Source of the DNA: an uncultured Candidatus Saccharibacteria bacterium
Lineage (GTDB): Bacteria; Patescibacteriota; Andersenbacteria; UBA10190; CAIZMI01
Assembly: GCA_964630025.1 (NCBI GenBank)
Contig: CAZVRG010000001.1
Span: 1 to 55,361 of the forward strand
Direction of reading: 5' to 3'
Length of the DNA stretch: 55,361 bases
Under the pieces are notes generated by a model, which did no database searches, was not told the origin of the DNA, and worked only from the letters and a program-made list of their open reading frames with translations. Below, piece after piece: positions 51,582 to 55,361 of this stretch; position 1 is the stretch's first letter, and the number at the start of each line of letters is the position of its first letter. The translations under genes were made by a program, and so were the position numbers.

Positions 51582-52199
51582 TCACCCCAAAGTCGGTGAT
51601 GGCGTGATTGTATCTCCCTGGATCTCGTTCGCGTCTTCTTTTTCTTTTTGCAGAATCCACCAGGACGGATCCGCGAAGGCGCGGCGGAATTGTCTGCGAA
51701 GTTTCGGCATACTTTCGCCACGATAGATGATGCGTGGGACAATCATCTCATGGGCAAGCGCGCCAAACTCCCGTGACCCCTCTCCGTCTCCGATAACGAC
51801 GAGGCCGGATTCCGCACAGAGACAGAGAAGTTCCTCTGCAGAGGCGGGGCGGCTTGGACGGAATCCAAAGTGGGAGCGTCTCGCCTCGTACTGCAAGTAA
51901 TACAGACCGTTCTGAACGATACGGATCCCCGAGATTCTGATCTGCCACAGAATCTCACGATGCGCTTCGTCGTCGAGACTCGGAGAAACAACGAGAACGA
52001 TTCCAGGGAACTCTTCCTTTAGGCTCGCGAGCGCTGTGCCGATTCGTAACAGGAGAGAGAGCCTGTTCCCATGTGGTTCACAGGCGTAGTACACGACACG
52101 CGCTCTTGCCGAGACCCCAAGCTTCACTCGCGCCATTGCTGCATGTTCAAGGAGAAGCTCTTCCTCCACGGTGCACCTCTTTTTCCTCCTCATACTCAT
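51582..52199 (-). CDS. hypothetical protein
   Basis: 205 aa and soluble, with balanced composition. It lies upstream of the SDR on the same strand. I recognised no motif. Confidence 0.45.
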   Translation of the reverse strand: MSMRRKKRCTVEEELLLEHAAMARVKLGVSARARVVYYACEPHGNRLSLLLRIGTALASLKEEFPGIVLVVSPSLDDEAHREILWQIRISGIRIVQNGLYYLQYEARRSHFGFRPSRPASAEELLCLCAESGLVVIGDGEGSREFGALAHEMIVPRIIYRGESMPKLRRQFRRAFADPSWWILQKEKEDANEIQGDTITPSPTLG

Positions 52200-52317
52200 G
52201 TGTCCAAGGAACAGCGCTGTGCACGAAGCACAGAGTCGCTGAGGACTGGCGCTATGCTAGCCAACATTGGCTGTATTGTCAAAGACCCCGAACGCATGAA
52301 AAGATACGAGAGAACAC

Positions 52318-53514
52318 ATGCGGACCATCGCGATATCCGTCCCCTCCGGCGCGCATCATCGCTCATTTCTCATGCCAATGCGGGATGTCGTTCTCGCAAG
52401 CACCGATTGGAAATTTCTTATACTCACCCCCGGCGCGCCATGGTCGGACACGGTATTCCCCGCCGCAGACTACCCGCGGGACCGCTTCGCGTTCGCGGAG
52501 AACCGTGTTGCCGAATCGTTGCTGCAAGAAACAAGGCCCGCTCTGCTTCTGACGACAACCGCCGGACTCGACCCGCTCGACGCCCCACTATTGGATGCTG
52601 CGAAAACTTTGGGTATGCGCACTGCTACCTTCATCGAAAGTTGGGATAACGTCTGGAAAATGGATCGCGTCGCGCGCGGTCTCGGCAAGCCGGGGCAACG
52701 TATTGTCTTGGCCGATCATTTCCTGGTGTGGAACGACATCATGAAAACCCATCTTCACCGGGCGTTTCCGACGATCTCTCTGGACCAGATCGCGGTGACC
52801 GGCGCCCCACGTTTGGATTTCTTTGGTCCACGATTTGCGAGCAAGCGTCCAAACCGCGAGCAGACGCTTTCCGCATTCGGTCTCAATCCCTCCGGTCGCG
52901 TTCTGCATCTCGCCACAACCGAACTGTACGACCATGGCCATGTTGCCAAGGCAATCGCCGAGGGAAAGCAGCGCGAGGAACTTCCCTCTGATCTACAGTT
53001 GTATGCATCAGCACATCCCGGAGGAAAGATGGAACGTCATACGCCGTGGGCAGAGGCATACGGATTCGTGCTTCGTTTTTCGCCCGGCCGGCACGAGCAG
53101 GCTCCGCATCCGGACTTCCGCTACAACCCGAGTCTGCAGGATATGCTTCTCCTTGCGAGCCTTTTCAAGGAAACAGATGTCATGGTGAATTTGTCCTCGA
53201 CCGTCGCGTTGGAATCTTGCTTTGCCGATCGCCCAACCATCTGCGCGTTCTTCGGGAAGCCGTGGGATTGGTTGACGTGGTATCGCAGCATGGTCGTGCG
53301 GGATTTCAAAGAACATTACGCCGACATGCTCCGCGGCGGCGGCATCGCCGTGGCGCGGAATCCGCGGCAGCTTGTGCAGATGACTCGGGAATATCTGGAG
53401 ACGCCGACAAAAGACCGCGAAGGACGTCGCCGCTCGGCGGAAATCATCGCGACGACTGTCGCAGGCGATGCCTCGGAACGAGCGCTGAAAGCACTGAAGA
53501 CGTTTCTGCAATAG
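52318..53514 (+). CDS. putative GT-B fold transferase, CDP-glycerol glycerophosphotransferase (TagB/TagF)-like or capsule-type
   Basis: 398 aa. Segments FIESWDNVWK, ASAHPGG and TDVMVNLSSTVALESCFADRPTI resemble the TagF-family pattern (HP ... ITDYSS-x-FD-x3-KP). This is a weak assignment made by eye. Confidence 0.4.
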   Translation: MRTIAISVPSGAHHRSFLMPMRDVVLASTDWKFLILTPGAPWSDTVFPAADYPRDRFAFAENRVAESLLQETRPALLLTTTAGLDPLDAPLLDAAKTLGMRTATFIESWDNVWKMDRVARGLGKPGQRIVLADHFLVWNDIMKTHLHRAFPTISLDQIAVTGAPRLDFFGPRFASKRPNREQTLSAFGLNPSGRVLHLATTELYDHGHVAKAIAEGKQREELPSDLQLYASAHPGGKMERHTPWAEAYGFVLRFSPGRHEQAPHPDFRYNPSLQDMLLLASLFKETDVMVNLSSTVALESCFADRPTICAFFGKPWDWLTWYRSMVVRDFKEHYADMLRGGGIAVARNPRQLVQMTREYLETPTKDREGRRRSAEIIATTVAGDASERALKALKTFLQ

Positions 53515-53516
53515 AA

Positions 53517-53543
53517 GTGCGGTTCCAGTACCTGGAACCGCAC
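53517..53543. terminator. perfect 12 bp hairpin between convergent genes (possible bidirectional terminator)
   Basis: GTGCGGTTCCAG-TAC-CTGGAACCGCAC starts 3 nt after the stop of 52318..53514 and ends 4 nt before the stop of 53547..54023. There is no clear U-tract on either side. Confidence 0.45.
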
Positions 53544-53546
53544 GGG

Positions 53547-54023
53547 CTAGAACGGAAATGGCAGAAGATCATTTGCGGACAGTTTCCCTGCACGCACATC
53601 ACGAATGATGGTGGCGACGCTTACCTTACGGCAATGCGCCAGCGTGGCTACCCACCGAAGAACAGGCACATGCACCGCGGGATCGGTCATGATGTTGCGG
53701 ACAGCGCGAGCGGTTTCCCAGACTCTCTTTTGATCTTCGGGTGCAAGCGCTCTCACCATCGGCCCGATCAACGCGATCAACTTTTGCGTATCCTTGCGCA
53801 GGGATTGAACTGTTGCTTCAATGCAACGAAGACATGCGGTCGTGCCGGGGAACAGCGTGTGGCGCACGTCATGCAGAACGCAATACACGCCTTCCGTGAC
53901 TGCGCAGGTGTGGCAAGTCATCACGTCACGGGATCCATCCGGAAATGGGACAAGATACACGGGATCAGGATCGCACTTGCAAAACTCGCACTCCATGAGA
54001 CTGCCCTCGCTTGGAAAGTACAA
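53547..54023 (-). CDS. hypothetical Cys-rich (probable zinc-ribbon) protein
   Basis: 158 aa. The N-terminal third has CEFCKC, CHTC, a lone C in YCVLH, and CLRC. The C-terminal half is helical. It lies downstream of the NeuB fusion gene on the same strand. The start could be the second Met at 53996. Confidence 0.5.
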   Translation of the reverse strand: MYFPSEGSLMECEFCKCDPDPVYLVPFPDGSRDVMTCHTCAVTEGVYCVLHDVRHTLFPGTTACLRCIEATVQSLRKDTQKLIALIGPMVRALAPEDQKRVWETARAVRNIMTDPAVHVPVLRWVATLAHCRKVSVATIIRDVRAGKLSANDLLPFPF

Positions 54024-54103
54024 ACGGGCTTCGGACTTGCATCGTAGGGGAGAGAGACGCTTCGGTCAAGCATCGTGAAATGGAAATGAACGTGCGCGTC
54101 CGG

Positions 54104-55361
54104 TTAGACGCGCGCGCGTTCCCGAACGCCTTCCACGTACGCTGCCAGCCGCTCTAATGCAATACGAAATCCTTTTCCGCCGTCAAGATGCCCCTGCCAG
54201 ATTTCCGGGGTGACGGTGCTGTCGTACTCACGAAATACGTCGAGTACGCCCTTCCAATCCACATCGCCCTCTCCGATCTGCAGCCCTTCCTCGCCGATAC
54301 CGGAACCGTCGGAAAGATGCAGATGCCGCACATACGGCTGGAGTGTCTGGCAGAAATCAACGAGCTTCGTCCCGTGGGCATTACATCCGAGTTGGGCATG
54401 TGATGTGTCGAGACACATCTTCATCCGATGCTCTTCAAGAAACGCTTTGATCTCGTCGGCATCCACGAAAATATTCTGCACCCATTCCCCACCGAAGAAC
54501 CACGGCCGCGGAGGAAGATTTTCCACCAACAACTCCATGCCGGATGCGTCGAGCTGCACGAGTGAATCCGCCAAGAGCGCCAACAGCTCTTTGGGGTTCT
54601 TATGCGGGCTCAAACTGTATCCGCCGGGATGAATAACGAGTTTTGGGATTCCGGAGAAGTGCGGCGCGAGTTCTCGGACTTTTTCAATCGTGCGCTTCAC
54701 ACTCGCGATGGAGCGCTGGCGCGCATCCGGATCGGTGGCCGCAAGATCCACGAGCGCGCGATGCCGATATTCCGGCGCGTGCACAATCAGCTCTTGACGA
54801 TATTGACCGGCCGGTATGGGTTCCTCCAAGTCTTTATCGGTGAGATGAAATTCGATCGCAGGCGGATCCCACGTGAGAAACATGGGAAAATCAGAAAACC
54901 GCGATACGGGGGCCCAACGAATCGGGAATGTGCGCACGTCAAATGCGGGTATCGATGCTGCAAAAGAGAGATCCGTCTCGTTAAAATGTTCGCCAATGGC
55001 GTAGTCGCGCTGCGCAACCGTGCCGATCAGTTCATGCATGCGCTGCGGAGAAAGGCCTTTTGCCGGGCTGCGCGCCGCGAGATGATCGCGCGCGATTGTT
55101 TCTCCCTTCTTAATAGGCAGTGCGGCAACGATACTTTTTGCGAGTGTCTCGCGGTTCATGATTTCGACACGGCTGATACGCCGTTTTCCTGTCCCAAGCG
55201 AAAGCTCAATCTGCCGAATCCCCTGCACCATCTGCGCGAACTCGTCGGGCAGCAAACTGGCCTTGTGATCCGGCCCTTCCTGATCGCGATCAAGCGTGAT
55301 ATGTCGTTCAATCATCGTCGCCCCGCGGCCAACAGCAGCAAGCGTAATGGCAATCCCACGT
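54104..55361 (-). CDS. NeuB-type sialic-acid (nonulosonate) synthase C-terminal part plus SAF domain, fused to a xylose-isomerase-like TIM-barrel domain; the 5' end lies outside the window
   Basis: The frame stays open upstream of the track ATG to the window end (...RGIAITLAAVGRGATMIERHITLDRDQEGPDHKASL, which is the NeuB core motif). A SAF-like segment follows (AKSIVAALPIKKGETIARDHL). Then comes a ~285 aa domain with VHAPEY, LVIHPGG, LLVENL, LDTSHAQL and HLHLSDG, typical of sugar-phosphate isomerase/epimerase TIM barrels. Confidence 0.75.
   Translation of the reverse strand, partial: RGIAITLAAVGRGATMIERHITLDRDQEGPDHKASLLPDEFAQMVQGIRQIELSLGTGKRRISRVEIMNRETLAKSIVAALPIKKGETIARDHLAARSPAKGLSPQRMHELIGTVAQRDYAIGEHFNETDLSFAASIPAFDVRTFPIRWAPVSRFSDFPMFLTWDPPAIEFHLTDKDLEEPIPAGQYRQELIVHAPEYRHRALVDLAATDPDARQRSIASVKRTIEKVRELAPHFSGIPKLVIHPGGYSLSPHKNPKELLALLADSLVQLDASGMELLVENLPPRPWFFGGEWVQNIFVDADEIKAFLEEHRMKMCLDTSHAQLGCNAHGTKLVDFCQTLQPYVRHLHLSDGSGIGEEGLQIGEGDVDWKGVLDVFREYDSTVTPEIWQGHLDGGKGFRIALERLAAYVEGVRERARV

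Noticed and set aside
53046-54047. 333 aa plus-strand ORF overlapping the end of 52318..53514 and all of 53547..54023
   Set aside because: It is Arg/Gly/His-rich and out of frame with the supported plus-strand gene. The minus-strand 158 aa ORF has more protein-like composition, and the perfect hairpin at 53517-53543 fits convergent gene ends.

Overview
This is a GC-rich bacterial window. I counted 55-59 G+C per 100 nt in ordinary stretches. It uses the standard genetic code: TGA acts as a stop in many ATGA/TGATG start-stop overlaps. Genes are tightly packed in a few long operons. Almost the whole window is one very large envelope-glycosylation locus. It contains 11 polytopic GT-C-type membrane glycosyltransferases: 5 ArnT/PMT-like, 5 YfhO-like and one 5'-truncated protein at the left edge that I could not place in a subfamily. 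It also contains 5 GT2 enzymes of the polyprenyl-phosphate-sugar-synthase type, a MurJ-like and an LPG-synthase-TM-like flippase candidate, and cytoplasmic GT9, GT-B and TagF-like enzymes. The nucleotide-sugar tailoring set is rich: RmlB, three paralogous zinc-ribbon C-methyltransferases, two further SAM methyltransferases, a NodU/CmcH carbamoyltransferase, a split Rieske oxygenase, a UXS-like extended SDR, a Gfo/Idh/MocA oxidoreductase, a classical SDR, a cupin, and a NeuB-SAF-TIM-barrel fusion truncated at the right edge. The most unusual signals are these. (1) A recurring ~120-140 aa extracytoplasmic module with three conserved motif blocks is grafted onto seven GT-C proteins of two different families. 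(2) A 1.2 kb low-GC islet (42 G+C per 100 nt) carries a Clp-fold SDH-type serine protease and a small coiled-coil ORF. (3) Two families of palindromic repeat elements are present; three copies sit in-frame inside coding genes and one nested copy lies between convergent genes. (4) A Rieske oxygenase is split into two overlapping ORFs and is translationally coupled to a GT2 and a GT-C. I found no rRNA, tRNA or CRISPR array and no recognisable transposase or integrase. All functional calls rest on motifs read by eye from the translations. No database search was run.
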